A stretch of 64,000 bases of DNA from an uncultured bacterium (lineage in GTDB: Bacteria; Babelota; Babeliae; Babelales; Babelaceae): the NCBI GenBank assembly GCA_963819815.1, contig CAWFXL010000001.1, positions 416,001 through 480,000 of the forward strand, written 5' to 3'. The stretch's first letter is position 1. The number at the start of each line of letters is the position of its first letter. A program made the translations under genes and the position numbers. The notes below the pieces were generated by a model. The model was given only the letters and a program-made list of their open reading frames with translations, made no database searches and was not told the DNA's origin. Shown piece after piece: positions 20,664 to 30,360 of the stretch.

Positions 20664-20821
20664 TAAGGCTTCCTTTCAATAATTTTTTTCGACCAGTATA
20701 GCCTAGCAGATACGGTGAGAAATGGAAGGCAGCGGCATATAAAGAGTGCAGCAAGGCGTCTATGCCCACCTATATTTAACAACCCAAACAATAGCCTATA
20801 CTCGACTATTTTTTATCTCAT

Positions 20822-20858
20822 AACCAATGAGCCTTCTTAAATAGAAGGCTCATTGGTT
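20822..20858. terminator. 16-bp stem hairpin downstream of the beta-helix gene
   Basis: aaccaatgagccttct-taaat-agaaggctcattggtt. Confidence 0.7.
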
Positions 20859-20912
20859 CTAAAGTATTTTCTTATATCTATCAGCTTGCTAAAAGCTGAC
20901 TTTGAATTGATC

Positions 20913-22577
20913 TTATTTAGAACAACCGTGTGGTGGACATGGCAAGGGATTTAGAAGAGGATTAGATGCGTTAACCACACTTGTATTTCCGGTACCCGTG
21001 ATCACAATTTGACTATCAGTAGGTCCAAAGCAATTTCCATGCTTACAGGTTTGGTACGTACCGCACGGCGTACATGGACCTGTTGATGGGCCCCACCAAT
21101 TTTGACAAAGCAGGTAGTTAAGATTACCTTGCGTATCATGCACTTCATAAAGAAAGTTTTCAAAATTATTGTGACAAGCACGAATGGTTCCATGATTACT
21201 CAAATTGCTGGTGGGAGGTATGGGATTAACTAAAAAGGCACTTCCAGTAGGATTATTGCTTGGATCGTGACCGCCAATAAAACAGTTGCGCTCAATATCC
21301 AGATCAAAAATATTCCACGGACCAGTTATTGTTTGTAAATCAAATGCATTAGTTGTCGGAGCTCCAGAAACATACACCCCATTATAGAGATTGTTTTTTA
21401 TATCTGCGTAAAGACTTGGAAAATTAGTGCCTGCTGGGGAGCTCGATGTACTGTTGAATACAAAAAAGAATTCATTAGCGGTAACATTATTATTACATAC
21501 GGTTACTTTTTGCAGAGAGTCTTTGTTGCTTAGGCTGCCATTAAACTGACAACCGAGAAGAGCTGCTCTATAGAGGACCGTGTTTCTCGTAACGACTAAC
21601 TCACCCTTTGAACCAGTTATCGTGCGAAACCTAATGGCATCTCTTCCAGCAGTACTATTATTAACAATCGCATCAAGTTTAAAGAGGCAGGAATCAATTT
21701 CTAAATATTCAAATGTTCCAACGTCAGTTGGGTCAGCACCGATATCACCAGCTGCTGGATTGTTATAGAAATTACACTCGTCTACATGAGAATGCTGCTG
21801 CGCTTGTAGTGAAGGTATTAGTAAAATCATAAGTCCTCGAGCAAGGACATTATCATGAAAAGAACTGCGAGTAATAGTAACGTTTGATTCCGTGTTAGCA
21901 TCATGAGCAGCTACTTCAATGCAACTACTTGAAGAAGATGACGAAGAAAAACCTGAAAAATCAGACAAGCACGCTTCAAACTCTCTTTTTATACCCCCAA
22001 GCACAGTTTCAAAGATACCATGGCTATTAGCTGAAGAGCTGCTGACCATCTTCACACGCTCAAAATGAGTTTTGCCTGGATTCTTACAAGTGCCAACTAT
22101 GCCACTTACAAAGTCGGAAACGCGGAGATTTTTTACTGTCAAATCTTTTGCATTGTCGTAAAGGATAACATTACTTTTCGTATCTTTAATATAGATATTT
22201 TTGATTGTCGCATCTCCTGAAACGACAATCCCATTTCCACCATTTGAACTGAGGCTCATATTGGTAATCAGAGACTGTTCAGGGGAGAATGGATTCCCTA
22301 TAGGATCAACCTCGCCAATCAACTTTTGACCATCAAGGAGAGTAATTCCTCCATCAAGCGCTGTCGTTGACCCAAGAACAATGAGGGTTTCCCACTCTGT
22401 ATTATGGGATTGTGCTTGCGCTAATGAGATATAGGGATTCTTTTTTGAGCCAAGTCCAGGTGCCGAGGCCCCGCTTTGGACATACCGAACTCTTGCGCGC
22501 TCATCATTACAAGGCTGAGATGATATATTAGATGCAAGGATTAATACAAAGCTTAAGCTATAGAGAAACAGTTTCAT
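20913..22577 (-). CDS. Secreted right-handed parallel beta-helix (pectin-lyase-like fold) protein
   Basis: Start reassigned to MKLFLYSL (GGGGGA RBS); G.GSKKNPY.SLAQA lead-in; Asn/Ser-rich beta-helix rungs; NWWG and Cys-rich tail. Confidence 0.78.
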   Translation of the reverse strand: MKLFLYSLSFVLILASNISSQPCNDERARVRYVQSGASAPGLGSKKNPYISLAQAQSHNTEWETLIVLGSTTALDGGITLLDGQKLIGEVDPIGNPFSPEQSLITNMSLSSNGGNGIVVSGDATIKNIYIKDTKSNVILYDNAKDLTVKNLRVSDFVSGIVGTCKNPGKTHFERVKMVSSSSANSHGIFETVLGGIKREFEACLSDFSGFSSSSSSSSCIEVAAHDANTESNVTITRSSFHDNVLARGLMILLIPSLQAQQHSHVDECNFYNNPAAGDIGADPTDVGTFEYLEIDSCLFKLDAIVNNSTAGRDAIRFRTITGSKGELVVTRNTVLYRAALLGCQFNGSLSNKDSLQKVTVCNNNVTANEFFFVFNSTSSSPAGTNFPSLYADIKNNLYNGVYVSGAPTTNAFDLQTITGPWNIFDLDIERNCFIGGHDPSNNPTGSAFLVNPIPPTSNLSNHGTIRACHNNFENFLYEVHDTQGNLNYLLCQNWWGPSTGPCTPCGTYQTCKHGNCFGPTDSQIVITGTGNTSVVNASNPLLNPLPCPPHGCSK

Positions 22578-23047
22578 TGAAATTCCCCCCAAAAATGACT
22601 CTATGGGTCCAGTACCCATTTAACTTAATCTTACCAAAAAAGAGTTCTAAGGTTCAAGAGACAGTAGACTCGGTGACCGCAAGAACAAAACAGCATGAGA
22701 TAGAGAGCAACCTTGTTGTAAACATATGAACTTGTCGAAAAGATCGTCCAGATCTCAAGAGTAGGGGTATCGCCACGGCCAGTTTTTTGATCCGCCCGTG
22801 GCCAGGTTATCCAACAACAGATTTTTATTTTTGTCTCAAAGAGAGCTTAATATTTCCAGTTTCATAATCAACATGGGCTTCATGCCCGAAAAAGGAATTT
22901 GCACAACGAAGGTGTTCCTGCCCGACCACAGTCGAACTTGGACGTTGTCGCAGCCAAAAAAATGGAATTGGCACTGCAAGTTCCCTGTATACTCCAACCC
23001 TCATCTCTAAAAATGTGCCGATGTGAATAATTTGTAATAAAAAAATC

Positions 23048-23077
23048 TTGACTTCTGGCTGAAGTATTCAGTAACAT
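23048..23077 (+). promoter_or_regulatory. sigma70-like promoter
   Basis: TTGACT-18 bp-TAACAT; AAGGA RBS before 23115. Confidence 0.5.
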
Positions 23078-23114
23078 TAAAGTAGTATAGCCCAAAATTA
23101 AAAAGGAAAAACGT

Positions 23115-23480
23115 ATGAATAAGAAATTTCTATGTATGTTCGCACTCCTCAACATAGTAGCACCATCTATGGCGTATACCCATACTATTTATAACACAAC
23201 AACCGGTGAAATTCGAGTTAAGCTAAAGGAGATTCTTTGTAAAAATGACAATATAACGCTCCAACCGGGTGAAACCCAACAGATAAGCGTTGCAGGTTGC
23301 ATGACGAGCGCAGTAGAAGCCCGAGGTCTTTCTGGACCTGTTGCGGGAAAATCCGTAGTAGTTCCCGTTAAAGGTAATAAGGCAGCCGGTTATGAGTGGT
23401 ATGTGAATCTTGTGGATTTCAAAACCTCCGGGACTTCCATCGTCCCAGGGAGTGGAAGATTAGATATCGAACAACGGTAA
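23115..23480 (+). CDS. Small secreted beta-rich hypothetical protein
   Basis: Signal peptide; promoter and RBS; two Cys in the mature part. Confidence 0.8.
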   Translation: MNKKFLCMFALLNIVAPSMAYTHTIYNTTTGEIRVKLKEILCKNDNITLQPGETQQISVAGCMTSAVEARGLSGPVAGKSVVVPVKGNKAAGYEWYVNLVDFKTSGTSIVPGSGRLDIEQR

Positions 23481-23503
23481 ACTACAACACATGCGTTATA
23501 TAA

Positions 23504-23696
23504 GACGGTGGAAAAATTTCTGCTGAATTATTATTAGAGGTTTTAGAAGCAATACCACATTGTGTGGGTGAGAAGTTTGTATATAGTAAAATAGATAAAA
23601 GTGTACGAATTGAACAGATCAAGAGAGCTTTTGGACTTCTGCGCAAAGCAAGAGTTTGTCACGAAATATCAGCAGTTGCAGCAAACGGGGTTCCTT
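23504..23696 (+). pseudogene. Internal fragment of an AAA_14/DUF4143-type ATP-binding protein
   Basis: EVLEAIPHCVGEKFVYSKID...IKRAFGLLRKARVCHEISAVAANGVP matches the central region of that family as I recall it; no Walker A, no proper start; runs into the convergent gene. Confidence 0.7.
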
Positions 23697-23710
23697 GGAA
23701 TGTGCTCTCT

Positions 23711-24565
23711 TTAGAGAAGTTTCTTGCATACAGATTTATGCTCCACCCAATCATGCTTCTGACATGAAGGGGAACAATAAGTGTTTTGTTTACATTGAGA
23801 ACATCGATAGATGACAGCCTTCTTTTGACAGTATGCGCAGGTTAGTTCAAAAATTTCTAACACTCCTACATTATTATAGATTTTTGCAAGGGCGTATGGC
23901 GTAATGCCTGAGTTCTGAGGAGCTTGATAATCAGCTCCATGTGCCAATAGAATTTTAGTGATTTCTTTATTTGCTTCACTGCTGAAAGGTTTTTCGATAG
24001 GAATTAGAGGATGAAAAGAATTCTCAGAATCATTAAAGTGCTTTTCACCACCAACAGCCGCGAAATGAAGAGCGGTTGCGTCGCTTTGCGTACCTGTCTT
24101 AACATTAGCTCCATACCGAGTAAGAGTCCTGACACTTTCAACTTCACCTCGCAATACAGCAATGTGAAGGGGTGTCATGTTATCCTGACCAAGTACATCA
24201 ACCACTGCACCAGCATTAAGAAGCATCCTGAGACTTTCTATATTGCCTACATACGCTGCTACATGGACTGGGGTTTTTCCGTGCCCATCTAAGGAGTTTA
24301 AATCAACTTTTTTTGTTGCTAGAAGGAGCGCAAGGCAAGCGACGTGATTTCCTAGAGCTGCATGATGAAGGACTGTAGCTAAATTTTCATCCTTTGCTTT
24401 CAGATCGGCCCCATTTTCAATGCATTCATTCAGTGATTCGGGAACTCCTTCAGCTACGGCATTAAATAATTTTCGTGTAAGAACTTCTTTGCTGCAAGCA
24501 AAACCCAGTGAATCAACGTTCAAGAGGAATATCATGCTAAGTACACTGACAGGTTTTATAGCCAT
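23711..24565 (-). CDS. Secreted ankyrin repeat plus MYND zinc finger protein
   Basis: Ankyrin TPLHxA repeats; CAYC...RCSQC...YCSPSCQKHDWVEHKSVC. Confidence 0.93.
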   Translation of the reverse strand: MAIKPVSVLSMIFLLNVDSLGFACSKEVLTRKLFNAVAEGVPESLNECIENGADLKAKDENLATVLHHAALGNHVACLALLLATKKVDLNSLDGHGKTPVHVAAYVGNIESLRMLLNAGAVVDVLGQDNMTPLHIAVLRGEVESVRTLTRYGANVKTGTQSDATALHFAAVGGEKHFNDSENSFHPLIPIEKPFSSEANKEITKILLAHGADYQAPQNSGITPYALAKIYNNVGVLEIFELTCAYCQKKAVIYRCSQCKQNTYCSPSCQKHDWVEHKSVCKKLL

Positions 24566-24950
24566 TGGATAAGACCTTTCTAAGGATTAAAATGTCGTTA
24601 TTCATACTTTATACCACAATAAGAACAAGATGAAAATGCTCAACACAAGAGATAAAGTAACTTTTAAGCATACGGAGTTGATCTTAGCTAGGGAATTCTA
24701 TATGCTGAGGGCAATACATAATGTTCACTAAGAAGGGTGAATCAATTACTCCCACATTAAAGAAGTTTATATGAAACGTATTATTTTAATAGGCATGCTG
24801 TTCTTAGTAAGTTCTCTTCATGCCGAGAGTACGATTCAGGAAGAAACAGACGCAATTATTCTAGAACATAAAGCAGTTTCTGCTTTAAAAGCTAGTTTTG
24901 TGACACATGCTTCTAGTATCAAGATGCGGCATAATAAAAGGAGGAGTCGT

Positions 24951-25136
24951 ATGAAAAAGAATATTGGAAAAGTTGACCGTATTGTACGCGCATTACTTGC
25001 AATCTTGCTATTTGGCTTTGCGTGGTGGTTTCATAGCTTCATTCTAATGGGCTTTGCAATTTTCACAGCATACGAAAGTATTGCTAGTTGGTGCATAATA
25101 TACCAGCTCCTAGGAAAAAATTCCTGTCCTATTTAG
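24951..25136 (+). CDS. DUF2892 (YgaP-like) small membrane protein
   Basis: AAGGAGGAG RBS before ATG 24951; MKKNIGKVDRIVR...WCIIYQLLGKNSCPI; in frame with an upstream signal-peptide ORF from 24771. Confidence 0.85.
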   Translation: MKKNIGKVDRIVRALLAILLFGFAWWFHSFILMGFAIFTAYESIASWCIIYQLLGKNSCPI

Positions 25137-25334
25137 CAATCTCGTCCTATGCTTGATTAGAACAAGAGTATTACGTGCAAAATAATGTGGCAAGTCACTA
25201 CATGATGCTAATTTGACGAAAATACGCTAAATATTATAGACTCATTAGAGAGGTCGTTTGCTGAGAAAATAAGTATACCAAGCCTTAGTTAGGCAGCAAT
25301 ACAATCGTAGTATGATTTGTAGTGAAAGAAATTC

Positions 25335-25901
25335 ATGAAAAAATATGTATACCTTATGATTACTGTAGGTCTGTTGAGTGGCATGAGTCCGCTCCTCTCA
25401 TCTAAAGGACCTATAAGACCACTTGAGGCGGCAATAAAAGCGTGTGACCTCAGTGCGGTAAGAGTCGAGTTTAAAAAATTAAAAAGTCGTTCAGAACCGG
25501 ATGTTTTGAAGAAGCAGCTTGAAGAGCTTCTCGAAACTGCCCATGATGTTCTTGATAACCCCCCAGCACCGAAAGACACCTGCTCTCAAGGAAGCCCCTT
25601 GTTTAAAGGTATTTTTGGCATCTTTTTAATAGCTAAAATTGCTCCGTTTCTACTCTTTGGTGGTTCTAAATTAATGTTTGATACTGCCGATGGTCAGAAT
25701 GAAGTTAAATCTGCTGCTCGGATTGCTCTAGGAGCAGGCATGACTGCTATAGGACTTATTGTAGCTCGTAATGGGATAAACTACATCAGTGAAGCACTGG
25801 GTCAAAATACGATTAGTTCAAATCTTAAAAATGCCCAGACAGTTGTAGATTTCCTTGAAAAAAGCTTAGTGACATTGCAGGAAGATCTACCAGAGGCCTA
25901 G
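25335..25901 (+). CDS. Hypothetical exported membrane protein (hydrophobic hairpin)
   Basis: Signal peptide; two hydrophobic segments; C-terminal LKNAQTVVDFL similar to 9332-9856. Confidence 0.78.
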   Translation: MKKYVYLMITVGLLSGMSPLLSSKGPIRPLEAAIKACDLSAVRVEFKKLKSRSEPDVLKKQLEELLETAHDVLDNPPAPKDTCSQGSPLFKGIFGIFLIAKIAPFLLFGGSKLMFDTADGQNEVKSAARIALGAGMTAIGLIVARNGINYISEALGQNTISSNLKNAQTVVDFLEKSLVTLQEDLPEA

Positions 25902-25959
25902 AGTCGTTAATGTTATTAAAATGAAGTTTTAAACAAACTTGAGCGAGTTATCGATTTTA

Positions 25960-26188
25960 CCCCCTTCACGTCCGAACCTTCGCCGTAGTATCTTCGTAGG
26001 CACCGGTAATAACCTGAGATTCATCGGCACTAAAACATATGATGAGGATTCTCCCCCTTATGCAAAAAAGTATGCAAGGGGTCACCTGATCGAGCATTCC
26101 AAAGCTTAGCCGTATCTTGTGACCCTGTAATAAGGTAGGTACCTTGTGAACTCATAGCTACTAACCACACTGCTGTTCTATGCTCAAA
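25960..26188 (-). pseudogene. Frameshifted WD40 repeat fragment
   Basis: Minus strand FEHRTAVWLVAMSSQGTYLITGSQDTAKLWNARSGDPLHTFLHKGE / frameshift / IICFSADESQVITGAYEDTTAKV; absent from the ORF track. Confidence 0.75.
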
Positions 26189-26206
26189 AGAGCATATGGG
26201 AGGCTT

Positions 26207-26235
26207 TTGACATGAAAATGGCTCCTTTGTATCCT
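26207..26235 (+). promoter_or_regulatory. sigma70-like promoter
   Basis: TTGACA-17 bp-TATCCT. Confidence 0.55.
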
Positions 26236-26281
26236 AAATAAAGATGGCAACAAAATAATTAAATAAATAAAGTAGGGTGAC

Positions 26282-27475
26282 ATGAATCTATCCTTCGTTT
26301 CATATCATACACTTTTTACCATGTTTATTTTGAGCACTTTTTCAATGAGGCTGTATGGACAAAATATGTTTGCTCAAGAAAGTTATGAGACTGTATGGCA
26401 ACGTAGTAAAAAAGTTATGCTCGCTGGAGGTCGACTTGAGTGTATGCAACTAGCCTTTGAGGGTATTCCCGGAATTATTCGCATAAGGGGTGGGCATAGA
26501 GATAGGGATAAAGCCTTTGGATCAAACAAAATCAGCCCTGAAAATAGAAATCTAAAAATAAAAGCAGGCCTCCTCCAAGAAGCCATTGTTATTTCCTATG
26601 ATCCAAGACAGATTACACTTAGTCGTATCCTTAATCGTTTTTGGCGATCTATCGATCCTACAGATGCTGAAGGTCAATTTGCCGATAGAGGTCCACGCTA
26701 TGCGACTACAATTTTCTATAGCGATGAAAGTGAAAAACGCATCGCAGAAAAATCAAAACGTATTGTTGAAATGAGTTTTGCTGAACCAATTGCAACTTCT
26801 ATAGAAGCTGCGAGGTTTCATTACTTATATTCTCCAGAATGGGTTGATTCTGATGCTCACAAAGTTTTCTCTGACTTTACTCCTCTCGATGACGATTACA
26901 CTAAAAAAAGCCCTCAAAAAATTGGACGTTATTGTGAGAATTCTGGACGAACTGCTGCACTTGAAGAACTGTGGCACTCTAAAAGAAGGCCGCATCCTGT
27001 GTATTCTACTCAAGAACTTAAAGCTCGGTTAACGCCAGAGCAATATAGGGTTACACAGGAAAAAGAGCTTGAGCAACCTTATGCAAATGATTATTGGAAA
27101 AAGAAAAAAGAGGAGAGAGGAATCTATGTCGATATTGTTACTGGTGAGCCACTCTTTAGTTCTCGCGATAAACTAAAATCAAAAAATGGTTGGCCAAGAT
27201 TTAGAATACCGGTCGAAGATCCTTATACTGGTGATGGCACACCTTGGTCCTTCGATCTGAATGTTGTAATGAGAGGGTCTTTTGAACAGGGAATAAATGG
27301 TCCGCAGCAGGTAGAGGTAAGAAGTCGTTTTGGCAATTCACATCTTGGATACTTCCGCCATGTATTTCCTTTTGGACATAATAGCTGGTTTCTCGTTAAC
27401 TCAGCTGCATTAAGATTCATAGCTGAAGAAGATCTTGATAAGGAGGGGTACGGTGAGTACCGTAAACTTCTCTAA
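26282..27475 (+). CDS. msrAB: MsrA/MsrB fusion-like protein with degenerate active sites
   Basis: MsrA FWRSIDPTDAEGQFADRGPRY; MsrB LTPEQYRVTQ, GIYVDIVTGEPLFSS, GWP, SHLG, NSAALRF; catalytic motifs altered. Confidence 0.9.
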   Translation: MNLSFVSYHTLFTMFILSTFSMRLYGQNMFAQESYETVWQRSKKVMLAGGRLECMQLAFEGIPGIIRIRGGHRDRDKAFGSNKISPENRNLKIKAGLLQEAIVISYDPRQITLSRILNRFWRSIDPTDAEGQFADRGPRYATTIFYSDESEKRIAEKSKRIVEMSFAEPIATSIEAARFHYLYSPEWVDSDAHKVFSDFTPLDDDYTKKSPQKIGRYCENSGRTAALEELWHSKRRPHPVYSTQELKARLTPEQYRVTQEKELEQPYANDYWKKKKEERGIYVDIVTGEPLFSSRDKLKSKNGWPRFRIPVEDPYTGDGTPWSFDLNVVMRGSFEQGINGPQQVEVRSRFGNSHLGYFRHVFPFGHNSWFLVNSAALRFIAEEDLDKEGYGEYRKLL

Positions 27476-27704
27476 ATAACCATCGAGAATCTAGTCTATA
27501 GAGTTACCTCTAGACCCTAAAAAAAGGCCTGCATGTCCGAAAAGCGCACATTGCAGACATGAAAATTCCTTATTTTTAATCATCTTTTACTTTTGATGGT
27601 AGTCACAATTGAAGGCTCGGAATGTATCCGAAACTGACGAACACTTGAAGATATAGGCAATGCAGACATGAAATTTAAGAAATAACCACCCTCATAGAAA
27701 ACCA

Positions 27705-27734
27705 TTGACACGATAAGCTCATATTTTATATACT
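27705..27734 (+). promoter_or_regulatory. sigma70-like promoter
   Basis: TTGACA-18 bp-TATACT; GAGGT RBS before 27770. Confidence 0.65.
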
Positions 27735-27769
27735 AATAGAAAACATGGGCAAGAGTCTGAGGTAGTTAC

Positions 27770-28609
27770 ATGAAAAAAATTCTTATAGCAGTCATCATGG
27801 GGAGTTTTATGGGGATGGGAACACTCTCCGCAAGCCATGGGGTGTCTTTCCGAACTGATTTTACCAAATTAATGGGCTCACCCAAAAATGACCCTGTACT
27901 TGAGCTTATTTCTCAAGACAATGTCCTATTTAAAGTCGATAAGAGCCTTCTTACCTCTTCACCCGCTATTCCTATGATTGTGCAGATGCTTGAGGGAGTA
28001 TTACCTGAAGGTCCTATCCCCCTTCATTTTGAGGGACAAACAATTTCTGAATTCCTGACCCTTATTGCAACGAGCAAGTATAGTAGCCCAAACCTTACAA
28101 TTGAGCAGCTTGTAGACATCATGCGTCTTGAAGATTATGTTGAGGCAGAGGACGTCCTTTACGGTAAGACACTGTATGACCTGGTGGCAAAGCTTACGAA
28201 AATTGATGATCTGAATGTAGTTTTTGCAAACGGTAGGTTTCGATCTCGCGCTGAAAAAATGGTGGGAGCTCTGCTTGCGAAAAAAATAAGTGAAAAAGAG
28301 ACCAAATGGACAAGTGATGATCTAAAAACTTTGTTCCAGCTTCCATTGGTGCCTCATGAAGTTAAAATAGCTTTCATTACAGCGCTCATTAAAGATGACT
28401 ATTTTCTTCTTGCTCAGATCTTATTAGATCCAGCAGATCGGCTCGCTGCAATAAGAAGCTCCTTGAAAGAGCATGAGTATGCTTCCGTGAGAGATACTCT
28501 ACTTAAGAATTATCCAAGATTAACTGAAGAGAATAATGTTTCTGATTTGAGAAAGAATGTATATGAAGCTATCAAAGATGCTTTAGACATAAATCTACCA
28601 GGAAGATGA
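27770..28609 (+). CDS. Secreted Skp1/BTB-like protein
   Basis: Signal peptide; LELISQDNVLFKVD, PIPLHFEGQTI, LVDIMRLEDYV; paralogous layout to 43470-44381. Confidence 0.8.
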   Translation: MKKILIAVIMGSFMGMGTLSASHGVSFRTDFTKLMGSPKNDPVLELISQDNVLFKVDKSLLTSSPAIPMIVQMLEGVLPEGPIPLHFEGQTISEFLTLIATSKYSSPNLTIEQLVDIMRLEDYVEAEDVLYGKTLYDLVAKLTKIDDLNVVFANGRFRSRAEKMVGALLAKKISEKETKWTSDDLKTLFQLPLVPHEVKIAFITALIKDDYFLLAQILLDPADRLAAIRSSLKEHEYASVRDTLLKNYPRLTEENNVSDLRKNVYEAIKDALDINLPGR

Positions 28610-28960
28610 AATCAAAGCCGCAGTATTTGTTTGCAACGAATTTACTGGGGCGTATAGACTACTTTCCTTTTTCTCTTTATCATCTAGATCTGAAATGTCG
28701 TCTAAATGGAGCATTGAAGATTCCATTGGCACTATCGGAATGACTTGTAAGGCTCGTTGATCAAAGTTGGTATTCATTACACCTTGTGAATTGGAATTTT
28801 TGAAGCCTATAATCGCTGATACCATTTCCAATCGAGGTAATAAAGCTCCCTCAATGCTGTGACAATGGACTGAAGCCCTTAGGGCCGGAAAACTCAAGAA
28901 TAACGCGATCAGTAAGACTTTCAGGGGCATTTTCGATATTTTGTGTATAGCTTTTTTCAT
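28595..28960 (-). CDS. Small secreted hypothetical protein
   Basis: GAGGA RBS; signal-like LLIALFLSFPALRA-S. Confidence 0.6.
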   Translation of the reverse strand: MKKAIHKISKMPLKVLLIALFLSFPALRASVHCHSIEGALLPRLEMVSAIIGFKNSNSQGVMNTNFDQRALQVIPIVPMESSMLHLDDISDLDDKEKKESSLYAPVNSLQTNTAALISSSW

Positions 28961-29185
28961 GTAAATTCCTCTACAGAGCTCATCTCTTTTAGTTCTTATT
29001 ATTCTAAGTCTAGGTCCAATAAAGTAATAAACAAAACCATATTTGATGAGGAGCTCAACAAGTTTATATCGGGATCACTATGCTGTACGTAGGCCCCTAT
29101 AATAATTGCCAGATTATACTTAATTTGAAAAATATGATAAAGTAATATTACTAATAAAAATCATCCCTTATAATGGAAATAAAGC

Positions 29186-30349
29186 ATGGCTACAACCACC
29201 CTCACACAACTCACATTGAGCCTTTTTATGGCAGCCTTTAGCGTGCAACTGGTCTCGGCAGAAATTATTTCTGGCTACAGGATTAAAATTGATGGTCTGG
29301 GAACCCTTATCCTTCTTGGGGATTATCATAGACGAACAATAAATGATTCAGACCAATATGAGATTCTACGTTCTTTTCTCAAAGTGGTTGCTCAAGAACC
29401 TCACCGCGCTCGTCTAAACCTCGAAACTATCAAGGAGACACAGGAAGGCCTTGGCGTGATAGGTGAAGATAGGTTGAAAAAAAAGCTGGAAGCTACAAAG
29501 GTCATTACAAAACTACGAATTCTTATGAATTCACTCAAAGAAGAGCCAGGCCTTAATAATTCCGTAGCGTTTGAGACGAGTGATCCTCGTAAAAGCCTTG
29601 TGTGGGACATCTTTTTTTCAAGTCTTCTTCAAGCCATGGTGCGCACATCGTTAGAAACTAAGGGTAATTCAGTTAATCAAATGAATATGCTTTCCTCACT
29701 TGAAGAAGATAATAAGACCATACTTGAAAGATACGCGAGATTTCTTGAAAGAGCTTCACGTGAACTCCCCGCTTGCGTATATAAAGCAGCTGAGAAGATA
29801 CTCAATGAAAGAACAAAAAGCGCATTAACTTCAAAAAAAGCGCTGATGGAGTTTTTCAACACCTATGCTCGTGGTAGAGCCCTTCATACGAGATCTATCT
29901 CGAAAATTATATATAATTATGCGCGCAAAGAGCATCCTCAGTTGGTAGAATATTTTTCAACCTCCGATGCATCCGACAAAGAAAAAATTGTTGATACGAT
30001 TACCAGAAGTTTTTACTCTAAAATCCAACCCTTTTTCCTGCCTTACTACACAGCTATGGTAAATATTCCCTGGTTAATCGATAGTCTGAACTCCTTTATG
30101 AAGCCACGCAGCGCTAAGATAGGCATGTTTTATGCTGGAAATGCGCATATACGCCAAATGGTTACATTCATGCAGCAACTTCAAACGGAATTAACTCATG
30201 ATTATACGATCCGCTTTATCTTCACAAAGGTATCTGATGAAAGTAGGTCTCCTCTTTCGAAAGCTGAATTAGAAAAGGTTCTTGATCTTTCGACTGAAAT
30301 TGAAATAATGGAATTGCGAAAAGAGATTTGTCGGCTTAAGGGAGAATAA
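29186..30349 (+). CDS. Secreted hypothetical protein, possible EreA/ChaN/Tiki-like fold
   Basis: Signal peptide; LILLGDYH, LNLE, DPR, FYAGNAH motifs. Confidence 0.75.
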   Translation: MATTTLTQLTLSLFMAAFSVQLVSAEIISGYRIKIDGLGTLILLGDYHRRTINDSDQYEILRSFLKVVAQEPHRARLNLETIKETQEGLGVIGEDRLKKKLEATKVITKLRILMNSLKEEPGLNNSVAFETSDPRKSLVWDIFFSSLLQAMVRTSLETKGNSVNQMNMLSSLEEDNKTILERYARFLERASRELPACVYKAAEKILNERTKSALTSKKALMEFFNTYARGRALHTRSISKIIYNYARKEHPQLVEYFSTSDASDKEKIVDTITRSFYSKIQPFFLPYYTAMVNIPWLIDSLNSFMKPRSAKIGMFYAGNAHIRQMVTFMQQLQTELTHDYTIRFIFTKVSDESRSPLSKAELEKVLDLSTEIEIMELRKEICRLKGE

Positions 30350-30360
30350 GTACCATCACC

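Noticed and set aside
22700..23010. Short ORFs on both strands
   Set aside because: No RBS or identifiable motif; possibly a decayed gene
27552..27675. tgcagacatgaaa direct repeat, two copies
   Set aside because: Only two short copies; not a CRISPR array and no function supportable
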